Assembly (NCBI RefSeq): GCF_009914755.1 | Contig: NC_060947.1 | Source: the human T2T-CHM13v2.0 reference genome, Homo sapiens | Strand: one strand, 5' to 3' | Length of the DNA stretch: 64,000 nucleotides | Part shown: positions 48,001 to 63,951 of the stretch, piece after piece | Layout: every line of letters begins with the position of its first letter | How positions within the stretch are numbered: the stretch's first letter is position 1 | Made by a program: the position numbers and the translations under genes | Notes under the pieces: generated by a model | The model's input: only the letters and a program-made list of their open reading frames with translations | The model's database searches: none | Told to the model about the DNA's origin: nothing

Positions 48001-50918
48001 ATACCACATTTTTTTATCCACTCATCAATTGGTGAACACTTGAGTTGTTTCCAGTTTTCGGCCATTATGAATTATGATGCTACATATATTTTTTGTGCAA
48101 GTTTTTATGTAGACATAGGTTTCCGTTTCTCTTGAGTATGTACCTGGGAGTAAAGTTGCTGGGTTATATGGCAGTTCTCTGCTTGACAATATGAGGAACT
48201 CTCAGAATATTTTATTGACCTTGACAGTCTTGAGGAGTACAGCCTTAATCTGTTGTCTTTTTCTCATGATTAGACCAGCATTATGGAATTTCAGAAAGAA
48301 TACCACAGAGTTGAAGTGCCCTTCTTATCACATAATATTTGGGTTTACATGATGACATGACCTCACTGGTGATGTTAACCTTCATCACATAGTTAAAGTC
48401 GTGTTTGCCAAGTTTTCCAATGTACAGTAACTTTTTCAATTCACGTACTATGTTCCTGAGAAGTGAGTCACTAAGTGTGACCTTCATTCAGGATTAAGCT
48501 TCACCTCTTGGAGGGTTAGTAGCTACAAATACTATTTGCAATCATTCCATAAAGACTGTTTGTCTTCTCACATGCTTTTCTTTATTAATTCACCAAACAT
48601 TTACTTATATCAGTATGGATTTATGCATACTTATTTTAAAGTTGAAATATTTTACTTAATGGATATATCCCCGAAGAATTCCAGCATCATTATTTCAGTG
48701 GTACAGTAAAAGAATTTTGACTTAACTATCAGGAAACTGCAAAAGAGCTCCCTATCACCGCAATTATATTTCATCACCACTATATTTTCTAATTGTGATA
48801 TATTAGTGCTTTTAGATAATATATTTAATCATGGCAAAGTTTGGAACAGCATTATAATTTCACTTTATTTCATTGCCTACTTGGTACCCCTTGAGACAGA
48901 AATAAAAAACAGATAAGGCAAGATTATTGAAGTAGCCATAAAAATTACTGCTAACATAAAGTAAACCTATTTATGAACTCCCTGTCGATGAAGCAAAAGT
49001 ATAAGCTGTGTCAGGTAAAATGTGTGCTTCATTTGAAAGCATGTCGTCTGCAGCTTAGCCTTCTGGTTATCTGACTCTGAAAGCTGTTTTACAACTCTAC
49101 CTTTTAGGTAACTGATAGCATTGCATGCTATCTTTGTCTATAGACACAAGGAAATGAATTCTGTCTTGGGGGAGGGAAACCTTTTCCCCCTGGGAAAGTA
49201 CCTGTTTATCTCCATTTGAACATTTATTTCAACACTCTTGATCTATAAATGTGACAAAGAGGTGGCTGTAGACTTGGGAGAGTTCATTTCAGTGGAAGGG
49301 TGGGGGAACCAAGTCCCAGTAGATGAGAAATGAAGACTGAGGTGTAGGGAAGTGCAGAGGGAAGTGAGTTGAGTATTGAGAATTCTTCATAGAATATTGA
49401 TTGTAAATGGGAGAATATATGTAAAGAGGATATCAACTAAAGATGTAGAAATGGGTCCATGGCACTGAACTATGTTTTACAATCATCAGTGATGAGTCTC
49501 TATGATTAATCTGTTAGTGGGAAGGAGCCATCTCTTCTTAGATCTGCCATCTGAATTTACCACACCCTCCTTTCCACACTTCACTTTCTTGTTTCTATTC
49601 TGGGGAAGCCTAAAACTTAACCAAAGGGATGGTGTAGAGTTTGGCCTTAATGCCTAGTAACTGTTAACTGAGGAATGACTGAATGGGTGGATGCACAATG
49701 TGTCAAACATGCTGATAATTCACAAATTTTTATCTCCCAGCGCAGAGCTTTTATGCAGATGACTGAACCCGTGGAGTTAGGTGGCTGAGAGGATGCAGCT
49801 TCCCAGGTCTCTACAACTGATGGCAGCAAGATGGGAGCACCCAGCTACAGTGTTCAGAAGTAGATTTAGGCAGACTACCACACCTTACATGCTAGAGGGA
49901 TCCACACTGACCTGAGTAGGTGAGGTCTCAGACAGGCTTGTTTTCTATCATGGGGACAGGATTACAGCCTACTCAGAAGTAAGTTGTGGTCCAGCTCTTG
50001 TGTCATTCAGAAAGACTCCAGAACGTGTAGATCCAGCTCCTCTCTAAACTTGAACTCAACCAATATCCCAGAGAGACATTCTTAATCTTCTAGGCAAATG
50101 CACTGTCATTAGGAGCCACCAGAGACCACACAAACACACACAAATACACACACACACACACACACATATACACCCTGGAGCCTTAATGCCAGCAGTAGCC
50201 CTAGGAGAACCTACAGGCTCATGTGCTTGTTGCTTATTGTCTGTTAGGCTGCATATGTAACTGGACCCTTTTGCATTTAAAAAAATAGCAATAATGATGA
50301 TTAACAGAGTGTTTATTAGGGAATTATTTAAAAATTACCTTAGTATCCAGTTAAATATGATGAAAATGAGAGAATTTCCACCTGTCATGTTATCAAAGTA
50401 TTTTAAAAAACCATCGAGGATTTCAGTGAGGTGTGCATATGGGTAGGTCTACTCTGTCTCATATTGGGGGAGGGGATATCACTTCGTACAACCTCTTTCC
50501 AGGTTGATTTGGCAATATCTTTTAAATAGTCTGTGCATCCCCACTCTGTATGTATTTGGAGCCTGTCCCTTCAAGTATTCATCCTCAGTGTGACAACTGC
50601 CCCTCTATTAGAGGATGCATATTCCTCATGATGTAGGTTGTCTGGGAACTCTACTTTCTAAAGCACTGACCCAGACACATTCCCTTGTCTTTGCAGAGCA
50701 GGATATTGATGTACAACAAGATTCTCTGATCAGAAAGAGAGGCAGAACTAGCAGCCTGGCTTCAGAGGTGAAGATACAGATGTCAGTAGTGACCCAGGTC
50801 AGCAGGAAAGCAAGATTTACTTGGTTATCATGTGATATGCAGCTCAGCATCATACAGTCTGCATGGGGCCTTACGGGGTGCTGGTCTCTACTTTTCTACT
50901 TATTGTAGAATGCTCCTC

Positions 50919-51454
50919 TGTTGAGGACCAGCCTCAACACCACCCGTAGGGTACCCAAAGTCCGGTGGCGATGAAGGAATGAGAAGAGACAGGTTAAGAG
51001 TGCATAAAGAGTGGGGGCCAGGGGACCAATTGCAAAATGGAGGCTGCAAAAGGCGCCAAGCTCTGGTCTCCACACTATTTGTTGAGTACAATCACTTAGA
51101 TCTAAGAAGCAGGCGTTCAGGGCGAAACGGTGAAAGGGAGGCAGGTGTAATCTATAGCAAATGAATCTCCTTTGTGCTCAAACAGCGTATCTTTAACTTA
51201 TGGGAGAGTAGCTAGTGGGAGCGGGCTTAACTAGGAGCCTGCACATCTGGCCATATTCCAGTGCTTCAAAGGAGTGTCTTTCTCCTTGAACACAGTGTTT
51301 ATAGATAAGAGAGCAAGTCTCGCTCAGAGCATGGGAACATAATGGCGATAAGAAGACTTTCCTCCTCAGAGGCCTCTTGTGGCTTTCCACAACTTATTGT
51401 CCCATATTTTTATGGCCAGTTTATACAGGTACCCCATAAGCCTTTCTCCCAACA
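50919..51454 (-). mobile_element. MER9B-like (HERV-K HML-3) solo LTR
   Basis: Reverse complement TGTTGGGAGAAAGGCTTATGGGGT.CCTG.ATAAACTGGCCATAAAAATATGGGAC; TG..CA ends; 6-bp TSD CTCCTC/CTCCCC. Empty site in copy A near 8318. Confidence 0.8.
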
Positions 51455-51793
51455 CTCCCCAGCCAGACTACTTAACCTACAAACATTATTGCTTCTCTAG
51501 CTATAAAATCACATAGAGGTTATTACCTCTACCTCCTGATAATGTTGTGGAAATACATGAAATAAAAATGCACCAGCATTCAAGAAAGGTGAGTCCCCGT
51601 GACTCTCTTAGGTCAGGCATCCTGGCCTTCTATGGGATTTTTAAGCTCTCATCACCCATATGGCTCTGCAGCTTGCCTTTTTTCAGAAAAACAGCATCTA
51701 TCCAGGTTTTTATTTGCATTTCATTAGTGAATGTGTTTTTAAATGTTTCTTGGGCATGTATATTGCTGTTTACATGAATTCTCTGTTTATATC

Positions 51794-52295
51794 TGTATTA
51801 GCTATCTTGCATAACCAATTACCTCCAAATTTTGCTACTTAAAGCAACAAACATATTAATACACATCATTTCTGTGGGTTAGGAATCATGGCACAGTTTA
51901 GGTTCTGGCTCAGAGTCTCTCACAAGGCTGCAATCAAGGTCTAGGTAGGGACTACAGCCATCTCAAGGCTCAACGGAGGGAGGATCCAATTCCAAGCTCA
52001 TTTATATGGCTGTTAGCAGGCCTCAGGGCCTCAATAGTTCTTGGGCAGAGACATCGATTGTCACATGGATAGCTCATATCATGGCAACTGGCTCTCCTTA
52101 GCGCATCTATAAGAATGCACAACACAGCTTTTTGTCACTTGATCTCAGAAGTGACATCCCATCCCTTCTCACATATTTTAATTTTTAGTAGCAAGTCACT
52201 AACTCTAGCCCACACTATGGGACAGATTATACAGGGAGTGAATACACAAGGAAAATGGGGATCATAGGGGACAATTTTAGAGGGTGCCTACCATA
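51794..52295 (-). mobile_element. MLT1-family LTR (paralog of 8641-9160)
   Basis: Same position and flanks as the copy A element. Confidence 0.7.
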
Positions 52296-53620
52296 ACATC
52301 ATCAGACCTTCTTTCCATATTGGCTACTGGGAATGCTTTATATATCATGAGAATTAGCTCCATATAATTTGTACATATTTACTCTAACCTACTGAGACAA
52401 GCTTTAATGATTTATTTTGTCATATACAGTGTTTTAAAATTTTCAATATTATAATTTAATATACAGATCATTATATAAATAAATTAAGCAATGACCAGGG
52501 CAGCATTGATTGTTATTGTCCAGGGAGATTAGAGCATTCAGATTCCTGGAGGCTTCAGAACACATGAAAAGCTTTAGTGAAATTCCAGACTCCACTCCTG
52601 AGGAGACAATAACCAAAGCAGTTTCTCTGGTTTACACAACCTCTCTTAATTTCCTATAACTTGATCTAAACTATGCATTTAATAATAGGTTACTTGAATA
52701 AATGTTAAGATTAAAGGAGATACAACTTAGAGTACATCTTCTTTATAATTAGTTTTGTCAACATTAGTTTCCTACCCTCCAGATCTTTGTCCCAGAGGAA
52801 GCACCTATTATTCTGAATAAGCCTGTCTGCCATCTTAAATGCCAGTCAATTCACATGATCCACATACCAAGGTCTCTTGGCCCCAAGCAGAGGATTTCAC
52901 TTCCACCATCATCAACCTCATCATCATCACCAAAGGGGTTGTTGAGTGAACAGGCATGGGGATTGTACAATGACCAGTCCCTAACCCTTGGTGGGGCATC
53001 ATATACAGAAGAGGTTGTTGGGTGCTATACTTTGAATGTCCCCTCCAATTGAAATATAACAGCCATTGTAACAGTATTAAGAAGAGGTGACTTTAAGCAG
53101 TGATTAGCCCATAAGGGATCCACCCTTATGAGTGGATTAATGCTGTTATTGTGGGAGTGGGCTAGTTATCATGAGAGTGGGCTCCTAAACTACTGAATGA
53201 GTTCAGTCCTACTTCCTCTTTCTGTCTCATGTGCTCACTTGCCCTTCTGCCAAGTTATGATGTAGCATGAAGGCCCTTGCCAGATGCTGGAGCCATGCTT
53301 TTGGACTTCCCAGTCTCCAGAACTGTGAGAAATAAATTTTATTTATTTATAAATTACCCAGTCAGTACTATTCTGTTATAACAGCAGAAAATGGACTAAC
53401 AGAAAATTGGTACCGAGACATGGGCTGTGGCTATAACAAATACCTGAAAATGTGGAAGCAGCTTTGGAGCTAGGTAGTGATGGGTAGAGACTGGAAGAAT
53501 TTGAATGAACAGGCTAGAAAAAGCCTAGACTGCCATAAATGGAGCTATAATGGCAATTCTGGTGAGGACTCAGAAGAGCAGAGCTGTAGGAAAAGTCTGA
53601 ATCTTCTTAGATAGTATTTA

Positions 53621-54097
<477 letters not shown>

Positions 54098-55067
54098 CTA
54101 GGGCTTTATGGAATGCAGAACTTAAGAGTGATGAAGTAGGGTATCTGGTGGAAGAAATCTCTAAGCATCAAAGTATTCAGGCTGCCACACAGCTACTTTT
54201 AACCACATACAGTGAGATGTGAGAAGAAATAAGTGACTTAAAGTATGATTTGTAATTAAAAGAGAAGCAGAGCAAAAAAAATTAGAAAAATTTACAGCCT
54301 GGCCATGTAGAATGAAAAGGGTGTTCAGGAGAGAATACTAAGGGTGTGGCCAAGCAACTATTTGCTAAAGAGGTTACCATGGATGGAAGGGAGCCAGATG
54401 CTATTCATCAAGACAATGAGAAAAAGTCCCCCAAAGTATTTCAGAGATCTTTGAGGCTGCCCCTCTTGTCACAGACCCAGAGCTATAGGGGGACCAGCCC
54501 AGGATGCCTTCCATGGGCTTGCTGCAAAGAGACACTTGGGTCTCTTCTTCCCACATTTCAGGACAGTGCTCCTCAGCCACCCCAGTTGCTGTGGCCCAAG
54601 TGACCGCAGGTGTGGCTCAATCTGCAGCTTCAGAAGATACAAGCTGTAAACATTAGTGGTATCCATATGCTGCTAATTCTAAAGGCATACAGAGTGCAAG
54701 AGCTGTGAGGGCATGACTTCCTCCTCCTAGATTTGAAAGGATGTCTCAGACAGCCTGGAGATCCAGGCAGAGACTTGCAGGGATGGAGCTACCACAAAGA
54801 GCCCCTACTAGGGCAATACCTAGTGAGCTGTTGAGTATGGCCATCTCAGAGACCCCGAAACTATAGAGTTACCAGTGTGCAACTCCAGCCTCAGAAAGCT
54901 GCAGGCATGAGACTCCAATTTGTGAGAGCTGGTGAGTAGACTGAGTACAGCAAACCCATAGAGGCCGGACTGCCTATGGCTTTGAGGGCCCAGTTCCCAT
55001 CCCAGTGAGCCCAGTATTCAGGACATGGAGTCAAAAGAGAATGATTCTCTAGCTTTAAGACTTAATG

Positions 55068-55368
55068 GGCCTTGCACAGTGGCTCACATCTGTAATCCCA
55101 GCACTTTGGGAGGCCAAGGCGGGTGGACTGCTTGAGCTCAGGAGTTTGAGACCAGCCTGGGCAATATGGTGAAACCCCGTCTCTACAAAACATACAAAAA
55201 TTAGCTGGGCATGGTGATGCACATCTGTGGTCTCAGCTACTCGGGAAGCTAAGGAAGGAGGATTGCTTGAGCCCTAGAGGCAGAGGTTGCAGTAAGCCAA
55301 GATCATGCTATGGCACTCCAGCCTGGGTGACAAAATGGGAAACTCTGTCAAAAAAACAACAACAAAAA
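55068..55368 (+). mobile_element. AluJ-like
   Basis: GCTTGAGCTCAGGAGTTTGAGACCAGCCTGGGCAA, GGAGGATTGCTTGAGCCC; TSD AAGACTTAATG. Confidence 0.92.
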
Positions 55369-58236
55369 AAGACTTAATGTTTTTGGCCCTGTTGGGTTTT
55401 GGACTATGCTTGAGGCCTGTTACTCCTTTGTTTTTGCCTGTGTCTCCCTTTTAGAATGGGAATGTTTACTCTACACCTGTGTCACTATTGTATTTTGGGA
55501 GTAGACAGCTTGTTTTGATTCACAAGCTCACAGCTGGAAGGAATTTGCCTTAGGATGAATTGGGTTTTGAGTCTCAATCATAACTGATTTAGATGAGACT
55601 CTGGATCTTGGACTTTTGAGTTGATGCTAGAATGAATTAAGACTTTAGGAGCTACTGAGCTGGAATGAATGTATTTTGTACATCAGGAAGAAATAGCCAT
55701 CAGTGGCTAGTGCCTACCATATTGGGCAGCAGCAGCTCTACATATTTTTTTCTTTGCTTTTTATTCACTTAACAGTATGTATTTTGGAGATCACTACATA
55801 ATAGAGTGGGAGTTCTCATTGCTTGTTATATCTGCATTATACTCTAGGAGTAGATGTATCTTAGGTTACTCGATCAGTCCCTTATTGGTGGACATCTGTC
55901 ACATTTTGAGTCTTCTGCTGTTACAATTTGTTCTGCCAAGAATGAACCTTGTGCTCCTGCCTTTTTATCTTTTTGAATTGAATCTTGGGGTTACATTCTT
56001 GTAGGTTCAAAGAGAAAATACCTGTGCGCTGTGAAATAAATTTTAAACAGAGAGCATCTGGAAATGTAGCAGCAAGAAGTGAATGTTGGTCCTATCTCAT
56101 CATTTCTTTTATTCCACATACTTTCTGCTCTCTTATTTTCTTTCTAGTGTGACATGCATAAAGGAATTTCTTATTGAGCCCCAGGAAGAAGAAACACTAC
56201 ATAAGAGCAAATAATAAAATCGGTCAGATAGACAGAAGATGGGAGTCATCAAACCTGTATCCCTCTTGCCAGACCTATCAACTGACCATACGTCATTCAG
56301 TGAGTCCTTTCCCTTTCTTGGTCTAAGTCCTAACACAGAAAGACACTCAATATAGAAACAGTGGATAGGGAACCCTTAAATCATCTGAAACTTCATGTTT
56401 ACTGACTTTAAACTAGTTGCCCTCCAGAGCAAAGGACTATTATCTTGTGATGATGTGGTTTTCACATACATGGCACACTCCCACTGGCACACCTAGTGTT
56501 GTCCACAATTCTCAGCTGTATAGCTATGAATAACTCCACCCCTTTCTCTCCCACTCAGAAAATTATTTCATAATTCAAGAGAGTGAGAGAGTTTTTATAG
56601 GTACAACACTGATTCATCTATAACATAAACAATCCTCAAGCTTCAGTAAAGTATTACAAGTAACAAGTTACTTATAATACACACAATGATTGTGACACAT
56701 TAGCTTGTCATGGCACCATGAATAAGAGGCTCTCATGTAGAATGGCAGCCATTGCAAGAATGTCTTGACAACAGCTCTCATTGGAAGCCAAAAATACTGT
56801 ACATCCAACCGTCTTGAGCTATTGCTACTATTAGAAATAAAAATAATATATGGCATTAATTAAGTGATTACTCTGTGCCAGGCCCTGTGTTATGTTACAT
56901 GTTTTATCTTAATTAATACTTTCTTTGTATGTGTCCACCATTTTAATCTTTTTTGTAGAAAGGAAACTGAGGCTTAGAGGGTGTAAGTAATTGCTTAAGA
57001 TGTAGTAAGTGACAAAACCAAACACAAATACAAGGCTGTCTAATGTCAAAGGATGTTCTTTTAACCAATGCTTTCCTTTACTAGAGGAAATTTCTCCAAA
57101 TATTTGAGAATTATTTACCTATAAAGTCTTCTATATGCAAAGTAACCTCCATTTCTCTCCAGACTCCAAACTGCCCTTCTAGTGGCACCACTATTTTGGA
57201 GTTATTGTGTATTTGTCCAGAAAAAAACCTTTTCATGTAAAACCTGTATGTGTATGTGTTTATGTACTTATAAAATATTAATAATAATATTTTTTAAAAG
57301 AAACGGTGGACTGGGGTGTGGGCTTTGGGATTACAAAAACTTGGATTTGACCCTGGGAACCATTAACTGCTGTTTGTGTAATTTAGAGCAAGTAACTTAT
57401 CTACCATATGTCCTATAATTGTTGTCATCTTATATTGTCATTTATTATTATTACTATTTGTGCTATCCATCCAAAGGCTGGATGATAGGAGTGGAGATTA
57501 TACTGTCTGGTATTACAATGTTCCTCAAACCTGTAATTTTATAACTGTTGGGTAGCATGCAAATTAAAGGAAGTCTATAGAAAGCTCTTGAGTACACCCA
57601 GGCATATAACATTATTTAATATGCTGCAGGTATGGCATTTCCATTCCAATGCATTGTTCAAGAATTGGGGCTGGGTCAACTGGAAAGAGTAAGATGTTCG
57701 ATCTTATACCTTGTCATTTAATCAGAACACTTCATCACTGTGTTAGTATTTAAGATAAAAGCAAAAGATATAAAAAAAGACAATAAACTGCACATATGGT
57801 TATAGTAGTTACATGAATTGTATATATAATTTGCAGTACATGTGTATATATGCACGAAAAAATAACCACTGGAATGACATAACACAATCTTAATTTCAAT
57901 CATGATAGAGTTACTGGGTATTGATATTTTTAACCTCTGTACTTGGCTCAATATTAAACATTTGCTGAGTATGGATTATATTTATGATTAAAAACTGTAA
58001 TCCCTTAAACCTCCGCTACTTATGAAATATTTTAGAGGAAATGTATAGAGAGCTATAAAGATAATCCATGTTAGGAAAAAAGTTTACTCCTCCCTGATTG
58101 TGTCCCTTTCTTTCTTCCCTAGAGATAATCATATCCACAGTGAGATAATTATAATTCCCCTATACTACTTTTTTCTTTTACTCCATATGAGAACTCCCTA
58201 AACAAAATGTAGTATTGTTTTGCATTTTTTCACTCT

Positions 58237-58239
<3 letters not shown>

Positions 58240-58277
<38 letters not shown>
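58240..58277 (+). repeat. (CA)n microsatellite, ~19 units
   Basis: Uninterrupted CA run. Confidence 0.98.
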
Positions 58278-58280
<3 letters not shown>

Positions 58281-58479
58281 CTAATCCTTACATTCAAGGA
58301 AGCATTATAAGGAGTTTGTTGGGAGACCTTCCTCAAGTCCAAGCATGGTATTTGGTGCATCATCCACAATGCCAGTATTTGCTTTTTTCCCATCCCAACA
58401 CTTTGATCTTTAACAAGGATGTTATTGCTTAGCTCATTCATTTCTGCTTTTGCCCTTAACTATTTTTTTCCATCTGCAT

Positions 58480-60090
58480 TATTTTATTTACTTTGTGGGT
58501 TTTTAAATCAGGATTTTAAAATTGAATATTTAATTTTCTTTTTTATTCATGTAGATATTTAATGCTTTATAATATCTTCTGACAGCTACTCTAGCTAGAT
58601 TTTGATATGTTGCTTTCATCATTATCCTCATCAAATTCTGCAATTTTAATCTATTCTCATTGGGCCCAAGATTTTGTTAACAGCCTCAGATAGAATCCAT
58701 TTTCATGAATGTTCCATGCTCATTTGAAAAGCATGTGTATTGCTTAATATCAGGCTTCATAGTTCACTGTGGCTATTTATAAGCTCTACTCTTGGGACTT
58801 GGTTGTTTAGGTCTTCTCTATAATTATTAATTTTTTTCTCCACTTGAACATTTTTGAATTCAGGGAAGTATTGTGTGCTTTGGTATATAAGTATTAGTAT
58901 CTCACATTTTCCTTGTGAATTGTAGCCTTTAGCATTATCAACTGTGCCTTTTTACCTCTTTAAATCCATTTTGGTCTCAATTCTACTCTCTCAAATATCA
59001 AGATTATAACTCCTGCTTTCTTGATATGGTCAATTGCTTGGTATATATTTACTTATTTTTAAACTGTTAACCTACCTGAATTCATTTGTTTAAGGTATAT
59101 CTCATGAAAAAGCATAATTTTGGATTTTGCTTCAATGGGAAATTTACAAATACTTTAATAGGTGAATTAAGTCCATTTACCTTTATTCTTGTTGTTCCTG
59201 GAACCAAGCCAGGTCCGGCTGCATTTTCTCGAGGCCCAATAACAAGAAGCAGACAAACTAGGAAAGAAGAGAATTTATTACTGTAACTGGATACAGGGAG
59301 GAGGCCAGAGATAATTCCACCAGACCAACTCAAGGTGTTAAATTTTCTTAAGGCTTATATAGGTTGGGGTTATGTCCCTACGTGCAGTACGGCATTCGCC
59401 TAAGTCTATTGGTAACTAATTTTGTTTCAACTAGAAGGTCAGAGGCAAAAAAATCCTTGCTAAGTCTGATTAAAAGGGCCCCAGTACCTTCAAGGACTGT
59501 CTACTGTCGTACCAGAGTGATTGTTTCTATCTTGTCTCCTTTACAGCTTGGTCCAGAGAGCTGCCTTAGACTCTCTAATGAATCTGTTCAAACAGCTGCC
59601 TCTGTTACCTTGACTTCTCTCAGATTTTGTCGACCCGAGATGGGTCCTATTGTAAAACTGTGTCTATTATTTTGGCTTGCTCCAGCAAGGGAGAAGCCCA
59701 CACAAGGCTCCTACTGACCATATGTGTCATTTCTAGCTTTGATGTCTGGGCAACAATTTCCCTAGGTTTAACTATTTGCTCAATGTTAAGGCAGCGCTGT
59801 GGAAATTTGTCTGTGTAACTGGGGTGCTATGCAGGCCTGTCTGTGTGACTGTCATGCAGGCCTGCCTATGTGATTGTCAGGGAGAATTGACTTGCCACAA
59901 TATGATCAAAGTCTTTGGTCATTTAAGTTCAGTTCTGTAGTATTGTCTATAAATATAAGGAAATTATATAGCCTTTCACTAGGTCATGTGTTTGATTTCC
60001 TCTTCCTATTTATTTAGTAGTTAGCATGGTTATTGTTTTGTTTCAGTGGTTACTTTTATATTAAATCCTTAACACTACATCCTTGATATG
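58480..60090 (-). mobile_element. Ancient L1M ORF2 5' fragment, split by MER50
   Basis: Minus-strand IKVNGLNSPIK (ORF2 N-terminal motif) abuts the LTR; ATGTTCCATG..CATTTGAAAAG.ATGTGTATT and ACTCCTGCTTTC motifs. Confidence 0.65.
59190..59899 (-). mobile_element. MER50-like ERV1 solo LTR
   Basis: Reverse complement starts TGTGGCAAGTCAATTCTCCCTGACAATCACA.AG.CAGGCCTGCAT, with repeated CACACAGACAGGCCTGCAT; polyA signal near the 3' end. Confidence 0.8.
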
Positions 60091-62961
60091 GAATGAAGTC
60101 TTACTAATGAATAGAGAAAATAATATTAACAGATAATTCACATTAAAAAACAATTGTATACCCATTAAATTTTCAAAACTATGCCAGATTACAATAACTA
60201 AAGGACTGAAAACTAATATCCTAGGCTACCATGCTGAGTGAGAAAGAAAAATTGCTGAAACATACATATAATCTGATAACTTTGGGAAATAATATATATA
60301 AATGAGTATTTTGTGTAATACCCCATTCCTGCCTCTTGATAGCTGAATATGACCCTCTAGCAGTGAGTTACCCTTATTGAACCTGACCTTGCTAACCTAT
60401 AAAATGGGCATAATGACATTTACTTCAGAGAGCCAAGAGGAGGAATGAGCAAACGTAAATAAAGCACATGGTACCTAATACTTCAACAAATATATGTATA
60501 ATCTCCCTTATGTTCTCCCTCCCACAAGAGATGACTTAAACATCAACATCTCAAAGAGATCAATGGATTTGAACCATCAGAAAAAGAAATGCATACATAT
60601 TTATATGACATATAAGCTTTGGTGCTATTTCTTTCTAAGATGAGATACTGAGGATGGTGGAAATAAGGAAGCAAATTATAGCCTCATTACTTTTTATTTG
60701 TTGTGTTCTTCTCTTCTTTTTAAACTTCTATTTGGATGCTGAAATAGCAGCTTCCCACTGTGGGCCAGAAAGGAGACAGCACAGAATAACAGAACATGAA
60801 GATGGGTCTGCTGTGCAATGGACTGAAATCAGGAGACCTTGGCCCCCAATACCAGATCTGTCCTCGTGTACAGGACCATGGGGAGTCACTTCCCCTGTGT
60901 TGGTCTCTGTCCTTACACAGAAAAAGATTGTATACCTAATGGTTAAGGACGTGGGCATTGGCATCAGTAAAGTGAGGAGAAAATTGGGGCACATTTAATT
61001 ACTGGTTTTATGATGTTTAGGAAATGTTGAGTCTCCAGATAAATGAAACTCATACATTAAATATGACTGCGTAGAGAATAAAACGGGAGGAACTGCACAA
61101 AAAAGGATACATTCTTCAAAATTAATGAGCGGTGGGTCGGTACTTAATTCTTTATCTCTTGACTTAACTATGTTTTCCACAATTTCTAAATTAGTATGGT
61201 TCTTTTTAAAAGTCAGAAGTAAGCTTCATTGAAACAGTTGTTATGAAATATTTCAGAAATACAAAAATTATAGAATGTAAGAGACATCCCTGTTCTCATG
61301 TTGACATACCTAATATTATATATGCAGTTGAAACTCACTTTGAAGACTTCTCTGATTGCAAGCCTCCTTCTTTCTCAGAGGTAACCACTATGCAGAATTC
61401 GGGTTTTAGATTTTAAAGACATTTCCCTATACTTTTATTACATATGCATATATCTGTAAGTGAGAATGGTATTGTTTTGTAGCATGTTTTTTCTATAGAT
61501 GCCTGGCTACCTCATGGAAAAAAAGGAAAAAAAATGAAGAAACATGAGGAGAACAAACACACAATCACATTTCAACAGTGGGAGCTGCATGGCCTCCTTG
61601 TCATGTGTACTCTTGCAGACTTACTAAAACAGACATATCCATTTTCTCTGTAGATACTGTTTTCAAATGCTTTTTCCCAGCGTGTTCAAAGTCTTAGAGT
61701 TTCTCTGGAGCTAACTGGCCTAAAACAATGTCTCAGTGTTTCCTGATATGAAACAACTTCCCATTTGTCTGGGCCAAATTATCTGTCTTTCATGCTCACT
61801 GTAACCCTTCAAGGCCTAATCCAGAACCTAATCTGGGCTATGCTGGTAAAAGATATGCCAGTCTACCACCCAAATCCCTTATTGGCTTAGGGGTGAATCT
61901 TATTTAGAACTTGATCTGATTTTGTGTTAGAATTGTTGGGTTTGTGTATATTTTCCTTCCTTTTCTTCTAATATTTTTAATTGCACAGGGAAGGTATTTC
62001 GAAAGTGTTTTAATTCACATGTGCTGATTGTTCCTGCAGTTCTTTGCTGAGTGAGACTGTGACTCAACTTTTACCCCAAACCCAGCTGTGTTAGGATCCT
62101 TCCTCTCTGGAAGCTGTGGTGCTGACCCCTGGGTGGTTTCATGCAGTCCCTCCCTCTTTCCCACCCCTGTGGCAGTCACTGCTTGGCTAACTAGGTGGGT
62201 AAACAGAGGAGCCTACTCTCCATTCAAGGGGCTTTCTTTGGGAGAGTGCAGAGAGAAGCATGCTGTGAAACTACTTTCATCTTGTGACCATCACTGAAAT
62301 CCTGGAGAGTGGATTTCTGTGGATACTGACTGCTAAATGTAAGCTTCATTTGAGAGACATGTTGGCCCTTCTCCTAGGTGTCTGTAATTTCCCTGAAGCT
62401 GCCCAATTGGGGTTACCATGTGGATAGATTCATACATTAGTTCTGGGACCACCCTACTACTTAATTCCCTTGGCTTAGAGGTGTTCCCCATTCCAAAGCT
62501 GAACCGTCTTATGGGGTAGGGCTGGTGATATTTATTTTTTCCGATTATTATTTTCACCTCCAAAACCAAGACACTTTTGTTGTAGATAAAAATGGAAAAG
62601 TGAGGAAAGCAAAAAAAAAAAAAATTAAAAACTAGTAAAAGTCTACTACTTATGGAGAAGCACTGTTAACAGTTGAATATATATACAGTCACGTGTCACT
62701 TAATGATGGGGATACATTTTGAGAAATGTGTTGTTAAATTGTTTCAGTGTGGTAATATCATGGAGTGCAGTTATACAAACCTAGCCTTCTACATACTTAG
62801 GCTAGATGGTACAGCCTGTTGCTCCCAGGCTACAAACCTGTACAGCATGTTACTATACTGAATACTGTAGACAATTATAACAAAATGGTCAGTATTTGTG
62901 TATCTAAACATATCTAAGCAATAATAAACAGTAAAATTATGGTATAAAATATACAAAATGG

Positions 62962-63280
62962 GGCCAGGTGCAGTGGCTCACACCTGTAATCCCAGCACTT
63001 TGGGAGGCCGAGGCAGGTGGATCACATGAGGCCAGGAGTTCGAGACCAGCCTGGCCAACACGGTGAAATGCTGACTCCACTAAAAATACAAAAACTAGCT
63101 GGGCATGGTGGCGGGTGCCTGTAATCCTGGCTACTTAGGAGGCTGAGGCATGAGAATCACTTGAGCCAGGGAGATGGAGGTTACAGTGAGCCCAGATCGT
63201 GCTACTGTACTCCAGCCTGGGCGAAAGAGTGAGACCCTGTCTCAAAAAAAAAAAAGAAAAGAAAAAGAAAAGAAAGAAAA
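62962..63280 (+). mobile_element. AluS nested in Tigger3
   Basis: Full dimer; TSD ATACAAAATGG. Confidence 0.93.
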
Positions 63281-63582
63281 GATACAAAATGGCACACCTA
63301 TATAGGGCACTTACCATGAATGGAGCTTGCAGGACTGGAAGTTGCTCTGGGTGAGTGAGTAGTGAATGAAAGTGAAAGTCTAGGACATTACCGTACACTC
63401 CTATAGACTATAAACACTGTACAGTTAGGCTATACTAAATTTAATAATAAATTCAATACTAAGTTTACTGTAACCTTTTTACTTTATAATTTTTTAATTT
63501 TTTTAACTTTTTGACTCTTTGGTAATAACACTTTGCTTAAAACACAAACACATTGTAGAGCTATAAAAAATATTTTCTCTCC

Positions 63583-63951
<369 letters not shown>

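Larger units (their letters stand above)
47650..53020 (+). repeat. Ancient local duplication, copy B (paralog of ~5750-9875)
   Basis: Same anchors and order as copy A. Carries ~1.05 kb extra (49735-50795) and an LTR insertion; 49079-49600 is inverted relative to copy A. Confidence 0.92.

Noticed and set aside
60654-60998. 114-aa ORF with a hydrophobic N-terminus resembling a membrane or secreted protein
   Set aside because: The hydrophobicity comes from a T-rich tract and the C-terminal half overlaps MIR-like sequence; no homology recognised.
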